Shown here: positions 1-13,296 of the stretch, piece by piece
Numbering within the stretch: the first letter of the stretch is position 1
Layout: the number at the start of each line of letters is the position of its first letter
DNA from: Octopus vulgaris
Taxonomy: Eukaryota
Assembly (NCBI GenBank): GCA_951406725.2
Contig: OX597830.1
Span: forward strand, 63,178,001-63,242,000
Reading direction: 5' to 3'
DNA length: 64,000 nucleotides
Made by a program: the position numbers and the translations under genes
The notes under the pieces: model-generated
The model's input: only the letters and a program-made list of their open reading frames with translations
Databases searched by the model: none
What the model was told of the DNA's origin: nothing

Positions 1-1162
1 ATTTATTACTAACTATTACAACAACAATCAGAGACTCTCTGGACCATTGAAGAAGATAGAGAAGTGCCTCTCTAGCGTGCAGTCTAACCCGAACCTAGAT
101 CAGGTCATTTCACAGCATAAGCTATAGACAGCAGAGTGCATGCTGAAGTAGCACCAACAGAGGACTCTTAATTTTGATGAATAGAAGATGGCGAATCACA
201 CATGGACTCTTGTAAGTGCCATTGTTGAGAGAGGAGAGGATGGAGAAGAGGATAATGGAAAGTCGTCTTCTTTCAGTAAAAAGGTTCAGCGATCATCATA
301 GTGGAACATATTTTTACATTAATGATGGACTAATATATATATATATAATATATATATATATAATAATGATGGACTAATATATCAATCACTACACACATCC
401 TCAACTATTGTCCAATCACGGGAAAAAAAACTGGTTCTTCAAAAAATATGACAAAATATACGTGAGGGAATATCTACCACTTCAACCCATGAGCAAAGTC
501 AGAAGACCAAATTAAGTGAATAACTAAATGGGGGGTTTGGAACTGCATTGCTTTTCAGGATATTAGCACCATTCTACAAAAGGATACAGTGGAGATGTCA
601 ACATATAAACAGTTGAAAATATTGCCATTTTTCCCTGCTGAAACCAATAAATTGTTGTTAATCCCATATCAGGACTGATTGACATACACCTCCATCGTGA
701 CTGAACACCTGGATATTACTGCATTGAGTCCCAAAACTCATAGGGCTGATTATCTAATTTCCACAGCATATAAGTGGGTGAGATAGCAAGATTTTCCCCT
801 GGATGGGATGCCAATCCATTGCTGGGTTACCCCATTACAGCTGAGTGGACTGGGGCAATGTGAAATGAAGTGTCTGGCTCAAGAACACAATGCACCACCC
901 AGTCCAGGAATTGAAACCACAATCTTCTGGTTGTGAATGCAACACCCTAGACTACACGAGTCTCTGCTCTAATTTTAAACCTATAGCTACATTATCCAAT
1001 AAGAATTTTCCCTTTCAAGCCAGACAGGTGCAATTTGAGGAACTCCAGCTCCTATATCTAGCAGACCCAGCAACAGCACTGAGGCTCCCCCAGCCGACTC
1101 CTATATATTTAGCAAAGTGAAAGACTGATAAATAAGGTGTAAAAAGCCATCAAAGTATTTAC

Positions 1163-1226
1163 CTTCAACAGGTTTACACTTGAAAGATTCAGCTACCTTC
1201 TGGATGGCATCAGTGACAGTATAATT
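1163..1226 (-). CDS. PA2G4: PA2G4 exon 6 (gene continues past window start)
   Basis: Acceptor ttttgtattgtag|, donor G|gtaaat; 64 nt; NYTVTDAIQKVAESFKCKPVE. Confidence 0.93.
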
Positions 1227-1562
1227 CTACAATACAAAAGAGGAAATACAAATAAATATTAAATGTATATCAGAAATTATATAATCTCTTACACTGGTGC
1301 AGGCATGGCCGAGTGGTTTTAGGTTCAGCCCCAGACAATGGTAGATTGGACAAGTGACATTGACCAACCAGTACCTTGTCAGTGATTTTGGTAGACAAGT
1401 CAATGTGGCTGTGTGTGTGCATAGCTGTGCCTTTTTGTATTTCCCTGTGCGGAATTTATTTTACATAGTGCAGCAAAAAATACATGGTTAGAATAAGTAA
1501 CAAACAGATGAAAAAAGTACTGGGGTCACTTTGATCAACTAATGTCCAATAAAGTTACCTAT

Positions 1563-1943
1563 ACTCTCTTTTACTTGTTTCAGTCATTTGACTGCGGCCA
1601 TGCTGGAGCACCGCCTTTAGTCAAGCAAATCGACCCCGGGACTTATTCTTTGTAAGCCCAGTACTTATTCTATCAGTCTCTTTTGCCGAACCGCTCATTG
1701 ACGAGGACGTAAACACACCAGCATCAGTTGTCAAGCAATGCTAGGGGACAAACACAAACACACATATATATATACATATATACGACGGGCTTCTTTCAGT
1801 TTCCGTCTACCAAATCCACTCACAAGGCTTTGGTCAGCCCGGGGCTATAGCAGAAGACACTTGCCCAAGATGCCACGCAGTGGGACTGAACCCAGAACCA
1901 TGTGGTTGTTAGCAAACTACTTACCACACAGCCACTCCTGCGC
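1563..1943 (-). mobile_element. tRNA-derived SINE family 1
   Basis: A/B-box-like head (gtggctgtgtggtaag...ggttcagtccc), internal microsatellite, gtaaaagag tail; many close copies in the window. Confidence 0.9.
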
Positions 1944-2718
1944 TATGGATAAGAATAATTAAGCTCATCCTTATGGTAAGACTCAGTGCCTTGAGACACC
2001 ACCACCACCTCACCATACATTGTAGTCTTATGCTACAGGCATACACTATGTCAGGGTCCTGCAAACTCATTTCTTGCCCAGCTACCTGATGATGTAGGGT
2101 CAGAGTTTCTGGGCCCAGGCAATTACAGTTTTCACCATATAGCGACTGTCACCAACTTCCATTCTACTCCTAGGCAGAAGTCCATAATACACAGCAGAGC
2201 AAGATTGCTTCCTAAACAACATGATCTTGGCAGGTTGAGACCCACTACACTGCACCTTGGCCAGTATCTTCTACTACAGCCCAAGGTCAACCAAAGCCTG
2301 GAGAGTAGATTTGCTTCATGGAAGATAAAGAAGCTCAGCATGTGTGTGCACCCATGTCTTCGCATTGTCTGTCAATTGTAAACTAAGCTTCCATGAAATA
2401 CATGTCTAGCCATAAGGAAATATTACTTTGCTTTGGAAACAGGTGAGGATTTGTGACAGGAAGAGCACCTGGCCATAGAAAATCTGTCTGGTTTGTGCAA
2501 GGAAGAAAAGTAGACTTCAAAATGATGCACACACACACAAACAAGGACATGTCGATAAAGAGGAACACAAACATGTATCCATGTAAAAGACATTCTGAAA
2601 GACACACAGTATAAACCTAATTATAAATAAATAATACAATTATCAAGAAATAATAATAAATAATAATAATAATAATATATATGTAATAATAATAATAATA
2701 ATAAAAAAAACTACTTAC

Positions 2719-2811
2719 AATATTTCCAGGTTTTACAAGGCGGAGCGCAGCTTCACTGGCCAAGTGGGCGGCAAGACAAACATCTGCTTTTCGGCCCTTC
2801 ACTTTGTTTTC
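2719..2811 (-). CDS. PA2G4: PA2G4 exon 5
   Basis: Acceptor gttgttcag|, donor |gtaagt; 93 nt; [31 protein letters not shown]. Confidence 0.96.
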
Positions 2812-3457
2812 CTGAACAACAAAAAGGAAGATAAAAAGTTTAAATAAAATTAGCCTTTAACATTATCATAATTTCCATCATCATCACTATCACTGTCACT
2901 ATTTCAATCACACACCCCCACACACACACACTGACTGTGATTAATCAGTTATACTTTGTTTTATATTCCCCTGTTTTAAAAACACTAGCGATTGTAGTTG
3001 TTTAATGATTAATGAATGAAACGAGGACATTGTTTAAACCGGCCATATCCGGCCCAAATATTCTATATGTTTTATATTCAAACTGGCCATACCTAGCCTC
3101 ACACCTAACCTAGTGACATTCTAAAAATAAACAATCACATCACTGAAACCTCAAAGCTATAAGATAATGCATGATTAATTCAAGACAATTTGAGTGAAAG
3201 AATATCACATTTAACAGAGTAATCTGAACACAAAAGGGTTAAATTCAAATTCACGGGGAAAATCTGCCCCTCCACTCCACTGCAAAACCACCAAATCAAA
3301 GAAACATATTTGTTGATCATATTTTGTTGATCATATTTTGATCATATTTTGTAAAGTTTAGCAGAAATGATTTTAACATAATTATACGGTCAAAAAACAA
3401 ACATTTGCAGCTATTGTTATTTTTGTAGCAATAAATAATCACATATACTCTCAAGTA

Positions 3458-3740
3458 CAGGGCTGGCCAACTTGAGGCCCGCGGGCTGCATGTGGCCCAC
3501 TTGATACTTTCTTGAAATGGATTTATTTAAACAAACATTGTAATGATAAGTAAAACAGAAAGAAAGATTCTACTGTTTTTGCAATGATAATATTTCATGT
3601 TGTATCAACGGTCATTTATTCATTATTGTAATAATAGCAGGAGAAAGCAATATGCTTTCAATTTTGTTCTTATACAAGTGGCTCTCAATAAACTTTGTGA
3701 TTAAAGTTGTTTGCAGTGTAATTTGAGTTGGCCAGGCCTG
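3458..3740. mobile_element. hAT-type MITE
   Basis: CAGGGCTGGCCAAC...GTTGGCCAGGCCTG termini; exact 8-bp TSD ctcaagta. Confidence 0.9.
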
Positions 3741-5228
3741 CTCAAGTAATTAACAAAAGCCACTAAAATCTTCAATACCGAACATTAATCTCTAACTTAC
3801 ACATTCATGTGTATGAGAGGTTGTCTAAAGGTGTCAAATTCCTGACGACATATGATTGACAGCTAATGAAGGAATTCTACCTGCTTGTGTAAATAAAATG
3901 CTCGTTGTAACTGTCCTGTTTAGTTGTAGTTTAATGTGATTGTAGCATCATTATATGGCAGATATGAAGCACAAACACAACATGACATTTACTCAGATCC
4001 ACACAATTATATCTATGAACTCAAGAAAACTCCATTTCCTCATAAGCACACGGATTTTAGAAAGTCAGAAAATGGCCACTCTCCATATTTTCATTGATTG
4101 TCACATTACAATGAAGATCAATTAAAAGCGTTTTCTATATTTCCAACCACCTTGACCCTCCCCTAATCTTTTTTTACAATTATCACATTTTACTAAGGCC
4201 ATGTTGATCGTGAGATCCTGCTGAAGGTGTTGAAATCATGGCGATGTACGACTGACTGCTGATGAAGGAATTTAACTGGTTATGTAACAAACAAAATATT
4301 CCAGAGAATAATCTGCTTTATATATGTGTCACCAAATGTTAACTGTCACCAGATACAGATGAAATACCAATATTAACACACATACATGCACACAACAAGG
4401 CTAAGTTGTACTGAAATTTCTAATGAACCTAAAGAATATAGAGGTGATTACTCAACTCTGCTGTTCCTGAGTCTCAAATACCAATGTTCCAGTGTCATAT
4501 GGAAATAAATCTGACATATTCATCAAGGCACATGCTTTTTGTATGAAGATAAAACACCAATGTCACACTGATAAACACAACAATCTCACCTATCTCATGC
4601 CCTACATTGATTATTCCCAACCTAGGATCAGAGAGAGATAAGTCGAAAATTTGTAAAGTAGACAGACATTCCAAAAACCTGATGAGAAAATTCCTTTTAA
4701 TAAAAGGAGTTTATGGAAGTGAACATGTTTAGAATCGCTGCCCTACATATTTACCATGATGTTACAATAGGTAACAAAGCCATACACATACATACTCCAC
4801 AGTTTACACAATAGCATCTTGTAGCATAAGAGATAATCTGGCTGACTCAGCACAGAAGATAGGGAGCTGAACTATACTTTTAGACTGTGTAGCACTGAAA
4901 GTAGTAGTACAAAGATTTGAAATGGAAATGAAGTGAAAACATAAGCAATGAGAGGAAAGAGCGCTAGACTCAATGGGAGGATTTTAATTACATATTCATT
5001 GTTTATAGAAGAGAGAATGACAGGCTCTCGTTAGTGCAACCATTATCAACTGCTTGGCATAGATATATGGTCGAACCTCTATTGCCAAGATGGCAGACAG
5101 TTCTTTTCAGTCCCGACAGTTTTTATTTATCCCACTCTCCTCTCTTCAGACATAAATTAAGGAGCAGTGTGCACACACATGTACAAATAATGAACCAAGT
5201 CAGTTAACCGTACTCCTCATATCTTTAA

Positions 5229-5802
5229 CCCTTTCGATACCAACCACTGAGATAAACCCTGGTTCTGACACAAACTTCCTATTTTAGCCCTTTAGTAGTC
5301 AGATTGCTCTGTCATTGTAGGGGTAGGTTTGAGAGGCTGGATCTGGCTGGTTTGAACAATAAGCAGGTAGAATATTAACCCTTTCGTTACCGACCTGGCT
5401 GAAACCTGCTCTGGCTCTGAGTACAAATGTCTTGTTTTCATAAGTTTTGAATTAAAATCTTCCACCAAAACTTAGTCACAATTTATGTTCCCAATACTAG
5501 CTTAATGATAACGAAGTTATTTTACTAAATTCTTTGTTATATTTAAAGTAATTGAAAGAAACACAGAGCATCTCAAAATAAATACAGTAATGAAAGGGTT
5601 AAGACCATATATGGCTGGTTTAAATGCAAAAGGGTTAAAGTGTTTTAAATCCAAGCCTTCCATCAAAATTTCATATTTAATGAGGTTTCAAAAACCAGCT
5701 TAATAGTGATAAACTTATTTTAATAATAAATTCTTTGTTATTTTCAAAATCAACTGAAAACCAATGGCAGTGTATAGCGACAGAAAAATGATAACAAAAG
5801 GG
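5229..5802. mobile_element. Three nested piggyBac-like MITEs
   Basis: TTAA-CCC...GGG-TTAA ends: outer 5229-5802, middle 5288-5634 (left flank ttag), inner 5379-5598; relatives near 3035-3242, 6228-6622, 11527-11945, 12308-13228, 20773-21183. Confidence 0.8.
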
Positions 5803-5845
5803 TTAAGAAAACAGGGGGTGACCCTTATATTTAACAAAGAAATTA

Positions 5846-6015
5846 CCATATTTTAATGTGTATAAGGAACCCCTTTTTATAAAAAATGTTTAAAAAATAT
5901 GGGAGTTTCTTATATATAGGACAGTATTATAATCCCTTACAAAACCATTTTTCCAAATGTTAAGCCCCCCCCAAAAAAAAATTAGGGGATTCCTTATACA
6001 CGTTAAAATATGGTT
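5846..6015. mobile_element. MITE with ~30-bp TIR (Tc1/pogo-like termini)
   Basis: accatattttaatgtgtataaggaacccc / ggggattccttatacacgttaaaatatggt. Confidence 0.7.
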
Positions 6016-6077
6016 ATACTGTGGCTTGATTTGTCACACATGCATAAACAACAGCAACATTATCAAAAGGTACTCAC

Positions 6078-6147
6078 AACAGAAGATCCAATAACCAGAG
6101 TATGTGCAACCACTGCAATGAAACCATCAACGTGGGCACCTAAATCA
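6078..6147 (-). CDS. PA2G4: PA2G4 exon 4
   Basis: Acceptor ctctctccag|, donor |gtgagt; 70 nt; IDLGAHVDGFIAVVAHTLVIGSSV. Confidence 0.96.
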
Positions 6148-6629
6148 CTGGAGAGAGAAGAAAACAAAAATAGCAAATGTAATAGATTTCAAAAATTCCA
6201 CCCAACCAGCACCAACCAGAGAAATTAAACCCTTTAGTGTTCAGATTATTCTATTAAACATAATGCCTATTGATTCACAATGATTTGAATTAATCATGCA
6301 TTATCTCATATCTTGATGGTGTAATTACTTCATGTAGAATAACATTGTAGGGTAGGTGTGAGAGCCTGGATCTGGTCAGTTTGAGCATAAAACAGATTAA
6401 ATATTTTGGCTGGATGTGGCCGGTTTAAATACTAAAGGGTTAAACCCTTTAGCATTTCAACCAACCCATATCTGGCCTCAAACATCTCCCTACAATGTCA
6501 TTGCAAAAATAAACAATCACATCATCGAAATCTTAAAGTTACAAGATAATGTAGAATTAATTGAAAACAGCGTATATAAACAAGCATTACATTTGATGAT
6601 GTAATCTGAATGCTAGAGTTAAAGTAATT

Positions 6630-7029
6630 ATAGGCACAGGAGTGGCTGTGTGGTAAGTAGCTTAACCAACCACATGGTTCCGGGTTCAGTCCCACTGCAT
6701 GGCATCTTGGGCAAATGTCTTCTGCTATAGCCCCGGGCCGACCAATGCCTTGTGAGTAGATTTGGTCGACGGAAACTGAAAGAAGCCTGTCGTATATATA
6801 TGTATGTGTGTGTATGTGCTTGTGTGTCTGTGTTTGTCCCCCCAGCATCACTTGACAACCGATGCTGGTGTGTTTACGTCCCCGTCACTTAGCGGTTCGG
6901 CAAAAGAGACCAATAGAATAAGTACTGGGCTTACAAAGAATAAGTCCCGGGGTCGAGTTGCTCGACTAAAGGCGGTGCTCCAGCATGGCTGCAGTCAAAT
7001 GACTGAAACAAGTAAAAGAGAAAAGAGTA
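6630..7029 (+). mobile_element. SINE family 1, full length
   Basis: Same consensus as 1563-1943, opposite strand. Confidence 0.9.
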
Positions 7030-7695
7030 ATTATTTAACCTAACCATTCAACTACCAGCAGCATTGATGTACTTTTATTGGGGTAAGATATGGTTATGCC
7101 TCTAAAAACTAGAAGGTAAGGTTTTAAAGAAGTGATTATGTTCATTAATTTGTGCAATGCCTCTCTTTTCTTCATGCTAGCTCAGGTTAGATGGTGAATT
7201 GAGGCAGGATTTTACAGCTGGATGCTCTTCCTGTCACAAGGGATCTTATATTCTAGGTGTAGTACAACTACTCATTATATCAACATCGTCACCATTTCAT
7301 GTAAGCATAGAATATCAACATTTTACATACATACAAGCTTCCTGCAGTTTCCATCTACCGAATTTACTCCCAAGGCATTTTTCAACCCTGGGTTATAACC
7401 AAAGACACTTACCCAAGGTGCCACACAATGGGAATGTTTCTGTACTCGATGCCAGCACAGCTGTGCAGTTGCAAAGTGAACTTCTTAACCCCCACAGCCG
7501 TGTAGGCCCCTAGTTTAGAAGTTTAGTCTTAGTTCTTTGAAATACTGCTGACCCCACTTTCTAAACACTATCTGAACTGTAAAGAACAAGCTGAGATATT
7601 CACATGCTACAGGGTCGGGACACAGTAAACAGAATAAGCACTAGAAAATTACTAATTGTAAATCTCAAAACAAGAGAGATTCAGCAACAGTACTT

Positions 7696-8031
7696 TGGAG
7701 TAAAGACTATTTGCCAGCATAACATGGCAGTCCTGGTTTAGGATGAATGTTGCTGTAATTTAGCCCCAGGAGACATCATCTCCAGCTGGCCATACGACAC
7801 AATCTCTCTCCTTATATTTTTGAACAAGGGAATCTAGCACCCCCACTCAGCCCAAAACAATATCTGTGTATCGCGATTTCCAGGTTATTTCCCTTCATCA
7901 GCGCAAAATAATTGTTCGGCCAGAGGTGGAACTACAACCAGCTGGAGACAATGTCTCATGGGGCTAAATTACAGCAACATTAGTCCTAAACTAGGACTGC
8001 CATTTTATGTTGGCAAATACTCTTTACTCCA
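7696..8031. repeat. Foldback element with 94-bp inverted arms enclosing the hammerhead motif (possibly Penelope pLTR-derived)
   Basis: 7696-7789 is the reverse complement of 7938-8031 with about 9 mismatches. Confidence 0.85.
7861..7910 (-). ncRNA. Minimal type-I hammerhead ribozyme-like motif
   Basis: Minus strand: tattttgcg-CTGATGA-agggaaataacctg-GAAA-tcgcga-TA-cacagata; stem I, stem II hairpin, palindromic stem III (ATCGCGAT), AUA cleavage triplet. Confidence 0.6.
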
Positions 8032-10631
8032 GAATAACCACTCTATCCCGACACTGAAATATTTGATAACCACTAGCAAAATTATAATGGGAATAATTTG
8101 AAGCATTCACAAAAGAGGATTTTATTAACTTATTTTACATTTGTCTTTAGTAACCATCATTGTCACTTTTACACCCAATATCTATATTGGTAGACAGGAC
8201 AAAATTTCTTGAGGCAACAACATTCTATGACCAGGTAGATGTTCTTCACGATAAACTCATTTTTCAATTAAGGTATTTTATTCAAAGGCAAACTCTTGGC
8301 TGGGTGGCCAATAAGTTTCCTTCCCAAACTCATGGTTTCAGGTTCAATATTATAGTACTGGACTAAACAAAACCTTGAGTGGATTTAGCTGATGGAAACT
8401 GAAAGAAGCCCTTCGTGTGTATATGCAAGTGTATGTTTGTGTCTATCTCTTGACATCACAATTAGTGTTACTCATTCATTTCCAATACTCTGCAAAAACA
8501 TGTCTGGCTATGGGGAAATGTCACTTTACTTTGAAACAGGTGAAGGTGGTGACAGGAAAGGTCTCCATCCCAGAAAATCCACTTCAATATAACCCCATGC
8601 ATGGGAAAGTGGAAAATTTAACTGCCATTTCTAGCAGGTTGAATAACCATACAAAGGCTCTCATTGGTTTGGGTGGGTATTTGTAGATGACATGTTTGTA
8701 GAGTCAGGTTGTTCCTGTTTCACTAGTTGCTGTTTAGTCCCAGGTTGTGCTTCATAGAATGGTCAAAGGCCAAGACCAGGCCATTTCTATCTTCCAGAAA
8801 TGTGTACTTTGAACAACTTTGTTCAATGTATGCTTTTTATAAAGCAGTGTGGTGTAGTGATTTGAGAGATTTGGCTATTACATCTAGCAAGTCAGTGTGT
8901 TTGTGTTATCTTGAAATTGTGTGCTGATTATAACTGATTATCACTGTCATACAAACGGTGTCTAGTTTGCAATCCACCGTGAAAACATGTCCAGCCATTA
9001 TGTTGTTGGAAGGACTAGAGGGGAAACTATAACCATACTGGCATGGATGGGTTGGACAGTTTCACAGGAGCTGTACCAGTCTTCACCATCTGCTTTGGTA
9101 TGGTTTTTATGGTTGGACGCCTTTTTTTAACACCAAACACGTTTCAGAGTGGAGTGGGTACTTTTTATGTGGTAGCAGCAACGGTGAGGTCAGCAAGTAA
9201 CTTGCAAGACAAGGCTCTCTCAATTGAGAGCGGGGAGTAGTATTAACTCTTGATACTGCTCTGGTTCTATGATATCCAGTCCAAATATTCTATCTGTTTT
9301 ATGTTCAAACTGGCCAGGTCTGGTCTTCAGCACCTATCTTCCAATGTCATTCTGAAAATGCACAATTATGTCATTGAAATCTTGAAGCTACAATACATGA
9401 TGAATTTAATACAATATGAGCGAGCACTCAGAGAGCACAAACCTCAACCAAGGCAACGCCGTCGTCTTCTCAGCGATTAGCCAGAGGTGAGTTTTTGAAA
9501 TGTGCAAAGTGATTAAAATATGACAGACAGACAGAAACAAGTGTCTTGCTGTGGAGGAAACAGTTAACCCAGGCAGAGAGAGAGGTGGTGACAATGTGCT
9601 AGGATGTACTTTTAAGGTACAAGGGCGATGGGGATATAAATGGAATGGTAGAGGATTGCCCAGGGTGTGTGAGTAGGAAGTTCATGAAAGTGAATAGGGA
9701 TGGCTATGTGGTAAATATTTTCAGTTTGATAAATCAAATGACTACAATAAAATGTTTAATGGTTGTCTGAGTAGGAATGGTCATGTGGTTAAGAAGTTCA
9801 CTTCTCAACCACATGGTTCCAGGCTCAGTCCCACTATGTGACACCTTGAACAAGTATCTCCTACCATAGCTCTAAGACGAAGCCCCGTGAGTGGATTTGA
9901 TAGCTGGAAACTACAAAGCCCATCTGAACATCGTTTTAATGTTCACTTTTGTATGCTTACATAGGCCAGACAGAATTTGAAGTTGAAGCAGATTTTCTAC
10001 AGCCAGATGCCCTTCCTGCTACCAAGCCTCACCTGTTTTCAGGCAACGTAATATCTTCCCATAGCTAAGCCATGTCTTTAGAGAAGACTGGAAACTTCAT
10101 TTGGATGACAGTTATACTCACTCACGGCCATTATCTGATGTCGCCACAAGGACACACACACACACTGAACCCTTTTCAGTTTTCCCTACCAGACACACTC
10201 ACTAGGCTTCGGTGGACCTAGGATTATAGTAAAAGATATTTGCCCAAGGTGCTGCACCAGGCACTGAACCTAAATCCACATGGTTGGGAAGCAAACTTCT
10301 TAACCACACAGCTACGCCTGTGCCCCTATGTGTCTGTGCAAATGTTTACATCCTAAATGCTTCACATGAAAAAGCAGTGAACTTTGTTGTTTCTCCTGCC
10401 AATAAAATCATCCACTGGTTCCACACTCCCAATGTGGAAGAAAAGATCCCTTTTTCGAAAAACAGACAGTAAAATAATACTGTAATAATATATCTAACAC
10501 ATGCAAGATTGGCTAAATGGACATAAAAACCAAATGAAATCAACAATTTGGCCACCAGCCCAGCTCCACCACTAACCCTCTTTTATGTGCCATGGTAACC
10601 GATTCTTTTTTTTTTTATGAAAAATACTTAC

Positions 10632-10737
10632 ATTTTAACAACATCTCCATCTTTCAATAAAATCTCAGGTTCGCTTTCCAAGGGTGAGAAATGACACACA
10701 CAGTTGTTGACGGATATGCAAGTAGGAAATGCCAAAC
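10632..10737 (-). CDS. PA2G4: PA2G4 exon 3
   Basis: Acceptor tttttcag|, donor |gtaagt; 106 nt; [35 protein letters not shown]. Confidence 0.96.
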
Positions 10738-11005
10738 CTGAAAAATGAAACAGAATTTTATTGCAAAGATCACAAAGTAAAAACCTTCGTCTGTAAAATC
10801 ATTCTTGAAATGCAAACTAAAGGAAACAAATAACAAAGATGAAACGGTTACTAAATAAAAAGAGCCAAGAGCTTCCAGATGAAAGGAAAATTGTTTTAAT
10901 TAAAAGAGCAAGAGATTCAGAATTCCTTTGACCATCTTCTACTTTTTACTTATTTCAGTCATTGTACTAGGGCCATACTAGAGCACTGCTTTGAAAGGTT
11001 TAGGT

Positions 11006-11248
11006 CAGTGGTTCCCAAACTTTTTCACCAAAGTCACATTCCTAGCGCCCCCACCCCCCGACTAACCACCACAAACATATACCTTTTTCTGAAGCAAATT
11101 CAAAGCAACTGTATTTCACAAATAAAACCTCACCTAATGAACTCATTATTTTGTTGTTTTTACATAAATCACTACCCCCATTATAACTCCACTTTTCTTC
11201 ACCCCCCCCCCCCCCAGGGGGCAATACCACCCACTTTGGGAACCACTG
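11006..11248. mobile_element. hAT (Charlie-like) MITE inserted in a SINE
   Basis: TIR cagtggttcccaaa / tttgggaaccactg; 8-bp TSD gtttaggt/gtttagtt. Confidence 0.85.
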
Positions 11249-13296
11249 GTTTAGTTGAATCAATGAATCCCAGTTCTTAAGTATAGTATTTATTCTATCA
11301 GTCCCTTCCGCAGACATGCTAAGTTATGGTGACTTACAAATCAACGAAAGTTTTCCTCAGTTTCTGTCTGCCAAATTCACTCACAAGGCACTCCAAGAAA
11401 ACAGGCCGACCATGCATTATCACTGCCAGAACCCAAGGTGTCCATGTAGTGCGACTGAACCAGAAATCAGACGATTGCAAAATGAACTTGCCTTTTAACC
11501 ACATAATTATGTCTGCACTGTGTCTAAGCCTTTAGCATTCAGATTACACTCGCAAAAGAAATGCTTTTTTTATTCACATTATTTTGAATTGATCATACAT
11601 GATCTTGTAGCTTCAAGATTTGAATGATGTGATTGTTTATATTTAGAATATCATTGTAGGGTAGATGTGAGAGGCTTGACCAGGTCAGTTTAAACATAAA
11701 ACAGGTAGAAATACTGGGTCAGATATGGCTGAAACCGGCTCTGGCTCTGTAGTACAAATGTCTTGTTTTCAGAATTTTTGAATTAAAATCTTCCACCAAA
11801 CCTTAGTCACAATTTATGTTCCTAATACAAGCTGAATGATAACTAAGTTATTTTACTAAATTCTTTGTTATATTTAAAGTGATTGAAAGAAACACAGAGC
11901 ATCTCAAAATAAATACAGTAATGAAAGGGTTAAATGCTAAAACGTTAAAATCAAAATAAAATATGAATTTGACGTCTACAACTATTTTCTAGCAACTGCT
12001 CACATCTGCCGTTTCTCTGAAGTTACAATATTAACAGCAACTAGAAGCTTCAATCTGGATATGAGCAGACGAACAAATCAAAATATCACACACAATAAGT
12101 ACAGCATCAACATCCAGTCTGCACTGAATGACAGGAATCAGTGATAACATGAATCATGTTTAGATAACACAGAACTAAACTTGTGGAAAATAAGAGAGAA
12201 AACTGACAAGGCAACAATAAATATCAAGAGATCCTGAAAAGATTGGCTGGACAGTTAGTTATGACCCCTCATTCACCAAATGACTGAAGAGTAGTAAGTC
12301 ATGGCCTTTAACCTTTCTGATACCAATCCACCCGAGACCATCCCTGGTTATATGATACAACCTTCCGGTTTTAAAGTAATCTAAATCAAAACCATCCATG
12401 GAAACTTCATATTAATTTGTTGTTTATAAACACCAGCTTAATAACAACCAAGTTATTTCAACAAAAGCTTTGTTATTAAAATTAATTGAAACAAATGCAG
12501 TGTATTTTAACAAAAAGGTTAATCCAAATTAAAAACCTGCTACAAAAATTTTGTGTTAATTTACGTTCCAAACACCAGCTTAACAATAAAGTTATTTCAC
12601 TAATTTTTTTGTTATTTTTCAAAATCCACCAACCAAAAGCAGTATCAATATTATGGTAGCGAAAGAGTTAACCTCTGCTACATTGAACTCTTCCAAATCC
12701 GTGAATACTTTGAAACTCTCTCAGTATTAATTAACAGAAGGATAAAACTTATACAAATGGAAAATACACGATAGATCTATTTAACCCTTTCGTTACTGTA
12801 TTTATTTTGAGATGCTATGTGATTCTTTCAATTACTTTAAATATAACAAAGAATTTAATAAAATAACTTAGTTATCATTCAGATAGTGTTAGGAACATAA
12901 ATTGTGACTAAGGTTTGGTAGAAGATTTCAATTCAAAACTTATGAAAACAAGACATTTGTACTACAGAGCAAAAGCCAGTTTCAACCGGGTTGGTAGCGA
13001 AAACCCGTTAGCATTTAAACCGGCCATATCCAGCCAAAAGTATTCTGCCTGTTTTATGTTCAAAATGGTCAGATCTGGTCTCTCACACCAACCCTACAAT
13101 GTCGTTTTAAAAATTGACAGCTACCTCATCAAAATCTCATAGCTACAAGATAATGCGTGATTAGTTCAAAACAATATGGATAAAAAAGCATTAATTTTGG
13201 CAGAATAATGTGAACACTAAAGGGTTAAACACAGTTTTAGTGTAAATCTGTGGTGAATTACACTCAGCAACAGATTTCTTACGAAACCATGAAGAT

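Noticed and set aside
1-1160. Search for PA2G4 exon 7 (MLSHQL-like)
   Set aside because: No matching translation with splice sites found; it probably lies beyond the window
1738-1962. Recurrent ORFs such as RRASFSFRLPNPLTRLWS and CPRCHAVGLNPEPCG
   Set aside because: Antisense translations of SINE family 1, recurring at most copies
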